From positions 277,012-341,011 of the forward strand of contig MFNL01000001.1 in NCBI GenBank assembly GCA_001782035.1: DNA of 64,000 bases. The letters are read 5' to 3'. Source of the DNA: Candidatus Levybacteria bacterium RIFCSPHIGHO2_01_FULL_37_17. Its GTDB lineage: Bacteria; Patescibacteriota; Microgenomatia; Levybacterales; UBA12049. A program made the translations under genes and the position numbers. Positions 1-9,106 of the stretch are shown piece after piece; positions within the stretch are counted from its first letter, which is position 1, and each line of letters begins with the position of its first letter. Below the pieces are notes generated by a model. The model ran no database searches. It saw only the letters and a list, made by a program, of their open reading frames with translations, and was not told where the DNA came from.

Positions 1-1
1 T

Positions 2-892
2 TTGGATAATTCAAAACCAGATGGCGCAGAAGTCGATTACGCTTCGGTCCCAGAGTTTTTAAGAGAAGGAAGTGCAATTTTAGATACCACCAAACCTGAT
101 AGAGTGGTAATAGGTACAGAAAGCAAGAGAGCTCAAGACCTTCTAATAAAGGTTCACGAACCTATTAATGCGCCACTTGTTTTAACTAATTTTGAAACAG
201 CAGAACTAATAAAATACGCGGCTAATTCTTTTTTAGCTATGAAAATTTCCTATGCAAATACGATTGCTAAGCTTTCAGAACTTTTGGGTGCTGACGCTCT
301 ACGTGTTTTAGAAGGAATCGGAAAAGATAAAAGAATTGGCGATATGTTTTTATCGCCTGGCCCAGGGTATGGTGGAAGTTGCTTTCCAAAAGACGTAAAA
401 GCATTGATTTCAATAGCTAAAGATGTAGATTATTCATTTTCACTCCTTGAAGACGTAGAAAACATCAATCATCAAGCAAAAAGAGATATAGTCAAGAAAG
501 CAAGAAAAGCTTTAGGAGACTTAAGAGGTAAAAAAATAGGCATTTTAGGTCTTGCTTATAAAGCAAACACAGATGATATGAGAGATGCTCCTTCCATCGA
601 TATTATTAATTTGCTTCAAAACGATGGCGCGAAAATTACAGCATTTGATCCCAAGGCTCAACAAAATGCAAAAACGGTGTTGAAAGATATTGATTACAAA
701 GAAGATGCTTATTCTGTTGCAGATGGAGTGGATTTATTGATAATTCTAACAGAGTGGAGTGAATTTAAGGAGCTAGACATTAATAACTTAAAGAAAAAAA
801 TGAGAGCACTAAATATAATTGATGGAAGAAACCTTTATGATCCCGAAAGATTAAGAAAAAAAGGATTCAACTATATTGGTATAGGAAGGTAA
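2..892 (+). CDS. ugd: UDP-glucose/GDP-mannose 6-dehydrogenase (5' truncated at window edge)
   Basis: PEFLREG, AELIKYAAN, GYGGSCFPKD (catalytic Cys) and LAYKANTDDMR motifs. Confidence 0.93.
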   Translation: MDNSKPDGAEVDYASVPEFLREGSAILDTTKPDRVVIGTESKRAQDLLIKVHEPINAPLVLTNFETAELIKYAANSFLAMKISYANTIAKLSELLGADALRVLEGIGKDKRIGDMFLSPGPGYGGSCFPKDVKALISIAKDVDYSFSLLEDVENINHQAKRDIVKKARKALGDLRGKKIGILGLAYKANTDDMRDAPSIDIINLLQNDGAKITAFDPKAQQNAKTVLKDIDYKEDAYSVADGVDLLIILTEWSEFKELDINNLKKKMRALNIIDGRNLYDPERLRKKGFNYIGIGR

Positions 893-1848
893 TGAATAAA
901 AAAATTTTAATTACTGGAGCTTCTGGATTTGCAGGAAGTTATTTAGCTCGCACTCTTTCCACAAAAAAAAATAATCAGATATTTGGCACATATCTTAATG
1001 AAAACAGTAAGTTAACGCTTTCAGACTTACCGAATTTAAACCTAATTCAAGTTGACTTAATGGATATACATGCAGTTTTTGATTCCATAAAAGCGATATC
1101 GCCAGATGAAGTTTATCACCTAGCAGCTTTAACATCCCCAAAACAAAGCTTCGAAGAACCTACCAAAGTTTTAACCAATAATATTGAGGCCCAGGTGAAT
1201 CTTTTGGAAGCAGTTAGAAAGCTGAATTTAAGTTCTAAGATTCTAATTGTTTCTTCAGCCGAAGTTTATGGCAAAGTGAATCCCAAAGATATGCCCATAG
1301 ATGAAAAAACTCCTTTAAATCCTACTAGTCCTTATGCTGTTTCTAAAATTGCACAAGACTATTTGGGTTTACAATATTTTCTTTCATATGGCCTTAAAAT
1401 TGTAAGAGCAAGACCGTTTAATCACATAGGGCCTGGGCAAACCGAAACTTTTTCCGTTGCGGCTTTTGCAAAAAAAATAGCAGAAATTGAAAAAGGAAAA
1501 TCAGAACCCGTGCTAAAGGTAGGCAATTTGGAGTCCAAAAGAGATTTTACGGATGTTGAAGACATGGTTAATGCATACCATTTACTTATGCAGCATGGAA
1601 AAGAAGGAGAAGTCTACAATCTTGGTTCAGGAAGAAATTTTAAGATGTCTGAGATTTTGGACATGTTGCTTTCCTTATCTAGTAAAAAAATTGAAGTAAA
1701 AAAAGAACCGAGCCTTTTTCGACCAGGCGATAACCCAGAGCTTGTATGTGACGCAACTAAAATAAACGCACTAACAGGCTGGACAGCTACTATACCAATA
1801 GAAGCAACATTAAAGAAAATTCTGGATTTCTGGAGAGAAAAAGCTTAA
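892..1848 (+). CDS. Extended SDR, likely GDP-4-keto-6-deoxy-D-mannose reductase (Rmd-like)
   Basis: ITGASGFAG, SSAEVYG, SPYAVSK, RPFNHIGPGQ, VGNLESKRDFTDV; adjacent to gmd. Confidence 0.75.
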   Translation: MNKKILITGASGFAGSYLARTLSTKKNNQIFGTYLNENSKLTLSDLPNLNLIQVDLMDIHAVFDSIKAISPDEVYHLAALTSPKQSFEEPTKVLTNNIEAQVNLLEAVRKLNLSSKILIVSSAEVYGKVNPKDMPIDEKTPLNPTSPYAVSKIAQDYLGLQYFLSYGLKIVRARPFNHIGPGQTETFSVAAFAKKIAEIEKGKSEPVLKVGNLESKRDFTDVEDMVNAYHLLMQHGKEGEVYNLGSGRNFKMSEILDMLLSLSSKKIEVKKEPSLFRPGDNPELVCDATKINALTGWTATIPIEATLKKILDFWREKA

Positions 1849-2855
1849 TGTATTTTGAATCGCTCCAAATCGGCGTCAACCATTAATTTCATGAGATCTT
1901 CAAAGGACGTTTTAGGTTCCCAACCCAAATCTTTTTTTGCCTTTAAATAATCTCCTTTAAGCTCTTTAATTTCTGTTGGTCGAAGCAACCCTTTATTTGA
2001 GACAACATGATCTTCCCAATTGAGTCCTACATATTCAAAAGCGATTTTACACGCGTCTTTGACGGAATAAGAAGTATTAGTAGCAATTACGTAATCTTTG
2101 GGCTCTTTATTTTGTAACATAAGCCACATAGCTTCTACATAATCTTTCGCATATCCCCAGTCTCTTTGGGCGTCTAAATTTCCAAGGTGTAATTTACCAG
2201 CTGCATCTACTAAAGGCTCTCCCAATTCGTTTAAAGGAGGGTTTTTAACTCCATTCTTTATGCAGGCCACTGCAGCAGAAATTTTTCTTGTTACGAAATG
2301 TAAGCTTCTTCTTGGGCTCTCGTGATTAAATAGAATTCCTCCGCATGCAAACATTTTATATGATTCTCTGTAACATCTTACCATCATGTGCGCATACGCC
2401 TTAGCAATGCCATAAGGGTTATTTGCATCAAAAAAAGTTTCCTCGTTAGCCGCTTCTGCTTTAATATTGCCATAAATTTCCCTACTAGTTGCCTGGTAAA
2501 ATCTCGCGTCGGGCGCAAAATGCCGAACAGCCTCCAATACTCTTACCGGTCCAAGTCCCGTTACTTCTCCGGTATAAAAAGGATGAGACCAACTATCATG
2601 TGGTACGCTCTGTGATGCTATATTGTAAACCTCATTTGGTTTTGAGACAGTTACAGCACGCGCAAGTGACTCTCCATCTATTAGGTCTGCTGCCTCGATT
2701 TTAATTTTGCCGTAAAGCGGCGTTAAGTTCTCCTGATAAAAATTAGTTGATCTTCTGATTGTGCCCGTAACCTCATAACCCTTTTCTAATAGAAGTTCTG
2801 CAAGGTAAGATCCGTCTTGGGAAGAGACACCAATAATAAGCGCACGTTTGGCCAT
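1845..2855 (-). CDS. gmd: GDP-mannose 4,6-dehydratase
   Basis: QDGSYLAELLL, GILFNHESPRR, FVTRKI, LGNLDAQRDWGYAKDYV. Confidence 0.93.
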   Translation of the reverse strand: MAKRALIIGVSSQDGSYLAELLLEKGYEVTGTIRRSTNFYQENLTPLYGKIKIEAADLIDGESLARAVTVSKPNEVYNIASQSVPHDSWSHPFYTGEVTGLGPVRVLEAVRHFAPDARFYQATSREIYGNIKAEAANEETFFDANNPYGIAKAYAHMMVRCYRESYKMFACGGILFNHESPRRSLHFVTRKISAAVACIKNGVKNPPLNELGEPLVDAAGKLHLGNLDAQRDWGYAKDYVEAMWLMLQNKEPKDYVIATNTSYSVKDACKIAFEYVGLNWEDHVVSNKGLLRPTEIKELKGDYLKAKKDLGWEPKTSFEDLMKLMVDADLERFKIH

Positions 2856-2928
2856 CAGCTAATACTTTAGCAGAGAGTTTTCTTTTCTACAATAGGTTTT
2901 TTAAAATAGATTTGATAGAATAAATTTG

Positions 2929-3882
2929 ATGGAAACTTGCTTAGTAGCAGGAGGTGGTGGATTTATTGGTTCTCATCTGTGTGAAAGTTTACTTGATGAG
3001 AATTTCAGGGTAATTTGTGTCGACAATTTTATTACCGGAGACAAGTCTAATATTAAACACCTTAGCTTAAATAAAAATTTCTTATTAATTGAAGATGATA
3101 TTATAAAAAGGAAAGAATATGACATTGCAAAAACAAACTATATTTTCCATTTGGCCTCTCCCGCTTCTCCAAATTTAAAAAGTAAAAAAAGTTACATTAA
3201 CTTTCCACTTGAGACTCTGCTTGTGAATAGTCTAGGAACTTATAATCTCTTAGAAGTTGCTCTAAAAAGTAATGCCAAATTTCTCTACACATCAACGTCG
3301 GAAGTATATGGAGATCCGGCAATTTCACCACAAACGGAAACATATTTTGGAAATGTAAATCCAAACGGCATAAGATCTCCGTATGATGAGTCTAAAAGAT
3401 TTGGCGAATCAATAACTATGACCTACTTTAGAAAGTTTAACTTGGACAGTCGTATCATAAGAATTTTTAATACGTATGGACCAAGAATGCAAAAGGATGA
3501 CGGTAGAGTGGTTTCTAATTTTATTAACCAAGCATTAGAGAATAGGCCAATAACAATATATGGAGATGGTGCTCAAACAAGAAGTTTTTGCTTTGTGAGC
3601 GACATGGTCGAGGGTATAAAGAGGGCTATGTTTAACGAAGAAACATCAGGAGAGGTAATTAATTTAGGAAACCCAACGGAGAAATCAATTCTTGATTTTG
3701 CAAAATTAATAATACAACTTACCCAATCATCCTCAGAGCTCTTATTTGAAGAGCTTCCACAAGACGATCCTAAAAAAAGAAATCCCGATATAACAAAAGC
3801 AAAAAAAATACTCAATTGGGAGCCAAAAATTGAGCTTGAGAAAGGAATCGTTAAGACAATACAATATTATAAAGAATTATGA
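2929..3882 (+). CDS. UDP-glucuronate decarboxylase-like SDR (UDP-xylose synthase family)
   Basis: HLASPASP, STSEVYGDP, YDESKR, RIFNTYGPRM, DGRVVSNFI, DDPKKRNPDI; start placed at ATG 2929 after TGnTAGAAT. Confidence 0.85.
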   Translation: METCLVAGGGGFIGSHLCESLLDENFRVICVDNFITGDKSNIKHLSLNKNFLLIEDDIIKRKEYDIAKTNYIFHLASPASPNLKSKKSYINFPLETLLVNSLGTYNLLEVALKSNAKFLYTSTSEVYGDPAISPQTETYFGNVNPNGIRSPYDESKRFGESITMTYFRKFNLDSRIIRIFNTYGPRMQKDDGRVVSNFINQALENRPITIYGDGAQTRSFCFVSDMVEGIKRAMFNEETSGEVINLGNPTEKSILDFAKLIIQLTQSSSELLFEELPQDDPKKRNPDITKAKKILNWEPKIELEKGIVKTIQYYKEL

Positions 3883-5009
3883 ACGCAACAGTTGTGATAC
3901 CCACATATAATGAGAAGGGAAATGTAGAAAGATTAATAGAAATTCTTGAAAAGGACATTTTTCCGCAAGTTAAAAACTACAATATGAACATTCTTGTGGT
4001 TGACGATAACTCGCCTGATGGTACCCAAGAAGTAGTAAGAGATTTAATAAAAAAATACAAAAATATCGAAATATCAGTGGGTACTAAAAGAGGGCTCGGC
4101 GCTGCGTATGTTAGAGGAATGAACCACGCAATAGAAAACATGAATGCAGACATATTGTTTGAAATGGATGCGGATTTTTTTCATGATCCTAATAAAATTC
4201 CGGAATTTTTGGAAAAAATAGACAAAGGTTTTGATTTTGTTATCGGCACGAGATACAGCCAAGGAGGTTCAATCCCAAAAGATTGGGGACTTCACAGAAA
4301 AATCATGTCTGTATGGGGGAATATTTTTATAAAACTTCTTTTTGGAAGAGAAGGAATTAATGATTGGACAGGTGGATACAGGGCTGTAAAAAAAGAGGTA
4401 TTTTTAAAAGAGAGAGATAAGTTGGGTGCATTTACCGGCTACACTTTTCAGGTTGGCTTTTTGTGGAATGCTGTAAAAGATGGGTTTAAGGTAGCTGAGG
4501 TTCCTTTTAATGCTGAAGATAGAACACATGGTAAATCTAAAATCCCAGGATTTCAAACAATTATACGCACCTTGTCTTTTGTTATTAAGGTTAGGATACT
4601 TGAAGTTGTTTCCGGATCTTTTGGAAAATTTTTGGTGGTAGGAGGAATAGGTTTCACTCTCCAATTTGTAATATATTGGTATTTAGCTCATAATACAAAC
4701 CTTCTTCTTGGCGTTGCCAGTTGGCTTGCGGCGCAGCTTGCTATATTCTCCAATTATAATTTAAATAATTTATGGACCTTTAGGGAAAGAAGAGCTCACT
4801 CATTTTTATCATATTTAATTAAGATGTCTGGATTTTTTATCTCATCCAATATTGGCGTAATTGTAATACAGTCAGGTATTGTGCAATTGAGTGAATTTTT
4901 ATTTGGAAGAAAGTATCCTCTTGTTTATTTTGTTGTTGCAACAGGAGTTTTGCTTTTATACAATTTTACAATGTACAGTAAGGTTATTTGGAGAAGAAAG
5001 CCTCGTTAA
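3879..5009 (+). CDS. GT2 polyprenol-phosphate glycosyltransferase (Ppm1/DPM1-like) fused to a C-terminal GtrA flippase-like domain
   Basis: IPTYNE, VDDNSPDGT, GLGAAY, MDAD; C-terminal ~130 aa with four TM segments (KFLVVGG...NYNLNNLWTF). Confidence 0.88.
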   Translation: MNATVVIPTYNEKGNVERLIEILEKDIFPQVKNYNMNILVVDDNSPDGTQEVVRDLIKKYKNIEISVGTKRGLGAAYVRGMNHAIENMNADILFEMDADFFHDPNKIPEFLEKIDKGFDFVIGTRYSQGGSIPKDWGLHRKIMSVWGNIFIKLLFGREGINDWTGGYRAVKKEVFLKERDKLGAFTGYTFQVGFLWNAVKDGFKVAEVPFNAEDRTHGKSKIPGFQTIIRTLSFVIKVRILEVVSGSFGKFLVVGGIGFTLQFVIYWYLAHNTNLLLGVASWLAAQLAIFSNYNLNNLWTFRERRAHSFLSYLIKMSGFFISSNIGVIVIQSGIVQLSEFLFGRKYPLVYFVVATGVLLLYNFTMYSKVIWRRKPR

Positions 5010-6586
5010 TGCAGCAGAGAATTTCAAAATTAAGACACCTAATAGTAAATAATTTACCTGTCATATTAATTTTAATATTGGCATCTTTTTATCGCCTTTA
5101 CAGAATAGAAGATTATATGACTTTTTTGGGAGATGAGGGAAGAGATGTTTTGGTGGTCTACAATATTTTACATGGAAAGTTGACACTTCTTGGGCCTACT
5201 TCTTCGGTTGGTGGATTTTTTCTTGGGCCTATTTATTATTATTTCATGGCACCTTTCTTGTGGCTTTTTAATTACAACCCGGTTGGGCCTGCTATCGGGG
5301 TAGCGTTAATCGGAATTGCAACAGTTTTTTTGCTTTATAAAATCGCTCTCACCCTTTTTAATAAAAGGATAGCCCTGATTGCTTCATTTCTATATTCCAT
5401 TTCTCCTCTTGTAGTTACTTACTCACGGTCATCTTGGAATCCAAATCCAATGCCTTTTGTTTCACTGCTTACGCTTATAAGCGTATTTTACGCGATTAAA
5501 AAGAATTCACTCAAATTATTTGTAATGTGCGGATTTTTAATGGGAATCGCGTTTCAACTTCATTATCTAGCGTTATTCTTAGGTACAATAGTTCTCTTTT
5601 ATGTCTTATTTACAACTGTATATAAATCAAATCTTAAACGTTCAATAGAACAATTTATTAAACGAGTAGGAGCAATATTCTTAGGATTGATTATCGGTTG
5701 GTCTCCTTTTTTGGCTTTCGAGATAAGACACGATTTTATTGATTTTAAAAATGTATTTAACTTCGTTGTCCATTCTCAGGACACAGGAGTAAGCTCGGGC
5801 CTATTTTCCATAATTTATGATTTATTCTTCAGGCTTTTTGCTCGAACTATTTTTGGATTTCCTCCGATAGAACACACAGGTATATATGGTAACAGCATAC
5901 TTTGGGCCTGGAGTATGCTTGCCTTGGCGATAGGCGTTTTATCAGTTGTGATTTTACTGTCAAATTTTTATAAATCTTTAAAAGTAAAAAATGAGAATTT
6001 TTATAAATATGCACTGCTTACCTTCTGGTTAATTATAGGCATCTCTCTTTTTGGACTTTATAAAAAAGCCATTTATGATTATTACTTAGCGTTTCTATTT
6101 CCATTACCGTTTATTCTTGTTGCAATTTTATTTGACTACATATACCTTAATAAAAAAATTTTAATGCAAAAACTTTTAGTACTAATTCTTATCATTTTAA
6201 TAGTATTTTTGAATTTAAGAAGCATACCTTTTCAATACGAGCCAAACAGACAATTAAACCAGATGAAAAGCATTGCAAAGTTTGTGGAAGATAAAACACA
6301 AGGCAAGCCATTTAATTTCGCACTAATTACAGGAGGAAATTCGGACCATGCCTACAGATATTTTTTTACAATTTGGAATCATGCGCCAATTACAATAGAA
6401 GATCCAGTACACGACCCGCAACGCAAAACCATTACGAGTCAACTTTTTGTAGTATGCGAGAGTCTTCCATGTGAACCATTGGGACATTCATTATGGGAAG
6501 TTGCAGGATTTGGTAGAGCAGAAATTGTAGGAAAATGGAATGTTTCAGTTGTAGAAATTTATAAACTGGTTCATTATAGGGAATGA
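5009..6586 (+). CDS. GT-C membrane glycosyltransferase (PMT/ArnT-like)
   Basis: Acidic GDEGRD motif after TM1, GPIYYY, many TM helices; ATG overlaps the upstream stop (TAATG). Confidence 0.82.
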   Translation: MQQRISKLRHLIVNNLPVILILILASFYRLYRIEDYMTFLGDEGRDVLVVYNILHGKLTLLGPTSSVGGFFLGPIYYYFMAPFLWLFNYNPVGPAIGVALIGIATVFLLYKIALTLFNKRIALIASFLYSISPLVVTYSRSSWNPNPMPFVSLLTLISVFYAIKKNSLKLFVMCGFLMGIAFQLHYLALFLGTIVLFYVLFTTVYKSNLKRSIEQFIKRVGAIFLGLIIGWSPFLAFEIRHDFIDFKNVFNFVVHSQDTGVSSGLFSIIYDLFFRLFARTIFGFPPIEHTGIYGNSILWAWSMLALAIGVLSVVILLSNFYKSLKVKNENFYKYALLTFWLIIGISLFGLYKKAIYDYYLAFLFPLPFILVAILFDYIYLNKKILMQKLLVLILIILIVFLNLRSIPFQYEPNRQLNQMKSIAKFVEDKTQGKPFNFALITGGNSDHAYRYFFTIWNHAPITIEDPVHDPQRKTITSQLFVVCESLPCEPLGHSLWEVAGFGRAEIVGKWNVSVVEIYKLVHYRE

Positions 6587-6867
6587 AAAAAAGTTTTTAC
6601 GATAAATTTACAAAAGAAGAGCTTATTTTAAGAGATCATTTGGCAATAGATAGAACTGTTCTTTCAAATGAGTCTACATTTCTTGCCTATATACGCACAT
6701 CTCTTGCAGTAATTGCGGCTGGAGGAACCTTGATTCATTTCTTTTCGGAAGTTTACATAAAGCTATTTGGCGCATTTTTAATTTTATCCGGAATTTTTAT
6801 TTTATTGTGGGGGTATAGGCGGTTTAAGCAAATGGATAGAGAGATTAAGAGAATAAGAAAAAAATAA
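6583..6867 (+). CDS. DUF202/YidH-like small membrane protein
   Basis: RDHLAIDRTVLSNESTFLAYIRT plus two TM segments. Confidence 0.85.
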   Translation: MKKSFYDKFTKEELILRDHLAIDRTVLSNESTFLAYIRTSLAVIAAGGTLIHFFSEVYIKLFGAFLILSGIFILLWGYRRFKQMDREIKRIRKK

Positions 6868-6900
6868 TCCAAATTGCGGCTCAAAGACCCCTGCTGCGAT

Positions 6901-7524
6901 TCATTTATCTAAGGGTTTTGAATAAGATAAATATTTTCCAGGAGCAACATCAAGATAAGTTGTAATACTACCTTTACTAAACTTTGACTCGATGACACGA
7001 TATGGATATGGTTCCCATTGTGAAATTTCAGAAAATAACCTACTAAGTCCCTCCAATACATCTCCTTCTTCAACACTATACTCGCCGATCCATCTTCTCT
7101 GTTTAGGAGGCGCCTCTTCGACTACCGCGTTGGAACTGTTTAAGAGTTCAATGTTTGGTCGACCCGGAAATCCGAGGTTTAAATTTCTTCCCACAAAAAT
7201 ATATTCAGGCTCAGATTTGCTGGAATAAGGAGCTATTTTGCCCAGAATTCTCAACACAACTGTTGTAGTTGAGCCGGGAGTAAATTCTTGAGTATAAAAT
7301 ATTTCTGCATGCCTATCGTCATAAGCATGTACATATCTTCCGCAATGAATAAATCGAGACCCAAAGCCCCCCACATTTACAAAATTGTTTCCTTCTTGGT
7401 TTATTTTGTTTCTAAACGCGTCCATCACTGCCTCGAAATAATCAGCATGCTCCGCGTTTGCTATCCTTTCACCTCTTACTTGTTGAACAATATCTCTTTC
7501 TTTCATAACTAGGGGATTATACAT
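6901..7524 (-). CDS. Hypothetical protein
   Basis: 207-aa ORF filling the gap; no recognised motif. Confidence 0.55.
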   Translation of the reverse strand: MYNPLVMKERDIVQQVRGERIANAEHADYFEAVMDAFRNKINQEGNNFVNVGGFGSRFIHCGRYVHAYDDRHAEIFYTQEFTPGSTTTVVLRILGKIAPYSSKSEPEYIFVGRNLNLGFPGRPNIELLNSSNAVVEEAPPKQRRWIGEYSVEEGDVLEGLSRLFSEISQWEPYPYRVIESKFSKGSITTYLDVAPGKYLSYSKPLDK

Positions 7525-7647
7525 CCTTATAAATTTATATATTTATATAATATTAATGACCTCAAAATGAGCCATTTTACCTCTTGACAAATAAAATATA
7601 GGCCTAATTTTGCCTCTAGTATATAAATATTTAAAATCTACAATTGA

Positions 7648-8046
7648 GTGATGAAAGCTGTAATGCAGGAACACTTTTCTGGTTGCGCTGTTGCTTGCGT
7701 TGCTTTTATATTGAAAACTAGCTATCGAAAAGCACTCAAAAGTTTTGAAAAGGGAACTGAAAAAGCGAAATTTAAAGGATTCTATTGTAATGAAATCATT
7801 CAAGCACTGAAGAAAAATAGTTATCAATATTCATTTAAATATGTAAAGAGAAGAAAAAATCATGAGTATCCAATTGGAACAATAATTTTCTTACAAAAAG
7901 ATTCAAAGTACCCGGCCGGTCATTTTGTTGCTAATACCTCGATGGGGTGGATGGACCCTTGGATAAACTTCCCGAATTTAAGCGCTAGAGCAGGTTTTAG
8001 AAAAAGAATAAAAGGCATCCCAGTATATGCAATACTTCCAGAGTAA
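7648..8046 (+). CDS. Stand-alone peptidase C39-like (papain-fold) protein
   Basis: QxxxxGCxxAC...GHFV...WMDP pattern (Q/C/H/D catalytic set). Confidence 0.7.
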   Translation: MMKAVMQEHFSGCAVACVAFILKTSYRKALKSFEKGTEKAKFKGFYCNEIIQALKKNSYQYSFKYVKRRKNHEYPIGTIIFLQKDSKYPAGHFVANTSMGWMDPWINFPNLSARAGFRKRIKGIPVYAILPE

Positions 8047-8099
8047 CAATTCTCTCTTACTCAAGATATACTAGTATATTTGTAGTAAGGAAATTATAT

Positions 8100-8131
8100 A
8101 AAAAACCCCTTTTCGAAATGAGGGGTTTTTT
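8100..8131. terminator. Bidirectional intrinsic terminator
   Basis: AAAAACCCCT...AGGGGTTTTTT hairpin with A and T tails, between convergent genes. Confidence 0.8.
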
Positions 8132-8150
8132 ATGTTCGTAAAAAATTAAA

Positions 8151-8297
8151 TTAAGCCGCGCCGATTCTAAACATCATTGTTCCACAATCCGGACACTTTG
8201 CTTTCATTGCTGGTTTACCATTCTTCATTGTTACTCTCTCCGGATTATCAACCTCTTTCTTTGCTCGGTCTTTTACGCAATACATTGTAACTGCCAT
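8151..8297 (-). CDS. DUF5679-type zinc-ribbon small protein (48 aa; absent from the ORF track)
   Basis: Manual translation MAVTMYCVKDRAKKEVDNPERVTMKNGKPAMKAKCPDCGTMMFRIGAA; SD-like GGGGGTGAG upstream; terminator downstream. Confidence 0.88.
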   Translation of the reverse strand: MAVTMYCVKDRAKKEVDNPERVTMKNGKPAMKAKCPDCGTMMFRIGAA

Positions 8298-8315
8298 AAG
8301 CTCACCCCCTTTCGA

Positions 8316-8579
8316 CTAATAGGATATTCCCGGTAATTTAATTAAATGATTTTTGAGAATTAAAAATAATATAATTTGTAGTCCTATTATGGTTGATGAA
8401 AGTAATGCAGTTCTTATTAAATCTTTCTTTAAATAAGGATACGCATTAAGCTGAACTTTAATTTCGCTTTGAACTATCGTTGGATTAGCGTCATAAGTAA
8501 GCCGGGGTGATGGATGGTTAAATTGGTGTCGGATATCGGCTAGCTTTTTTTGTTCGCGTGTTTTTCTTTTCCTGCTCAC
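8316..8579 (-). CDS. Hypothetical protein with basic N-terminus and C-terminal TM
   Basis: RKRKTREQK N-terminus, YLKKDL motif, then a hydrophobic helix. Confidence 0.7.
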   Translation of the reverse strand: MSRKRKTREQKKLADIRHQFNHPSPRLTYDANPTIVQSEIKVQLNAYPYLKKDLIRTALLSSTIIGLQIILFLILKNHLIKLPGISY

Positions 8580-8640
8580 ACTAGAGGCAAGGTTACACTA
8601 TTGACACAAAGCCTGTCAAGAGGCTAAGATAAATTTTAAT

Positions 8641-9105
8641 ATGCCTGACAATATACTGTTTCTTCTTTTCGCTAGCGCGTTTGTTTGGCTAGGCGCATTA
8701 ACTTTTTTTTTCATTCGTCTTCTAACCCACTACAACAGTCTTTCTAAGGGGGTAAGTCAGAAAAGCTTAAAATCAATTCTTGAGGATTTGTTAAAAGATG
8801 TAGATTTAAATAAAAAAGATATTGAATATCTAAAGAGCTATGCATCAAAAATAGACAAACAGGGGTCTTTGCATGTACAAAAAATTGGCTTACTCCGATT
8901 TAATCCGTTTAAAGACACTGGTGGTGACCAAAGCTTTATTCTTTCTTTGATAGACGGAAATAACAGCGGAGTAATAATTTCTGCCCTCTATTCAAGATCG
9001 GGTACAAGATGGTATGCTAAAAAGGTGATAGAGGGACAAGGAAGCGAATATGAATTATCGGATGAAGAAAAACAAGTCTTAAAAGATGCTGTCACATTAA
9101 ATTAA
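8641..9105 (+). CDS. DUF4446 family protein
   Basis: N-terminal TM; QKIGLLRFNPFKDTGGDQSF...YAK...LSDEE. Confidence 0.85.
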   Translation: MPDNILFLLFASAFVWLGALTFFFIRLLTHYNSLSKGVSQKSLKSILEDLLKDVDLNKKDIEYLKSYASKIDKQGSLHVQKIGLLRFNPFKDTGGDQSFILSLIDGNNSGVIISALYSRSGTRWYAKKVIEGQGSEYELSDEEKQVLKDAVTLN

Positions 9106-9106
9106 C

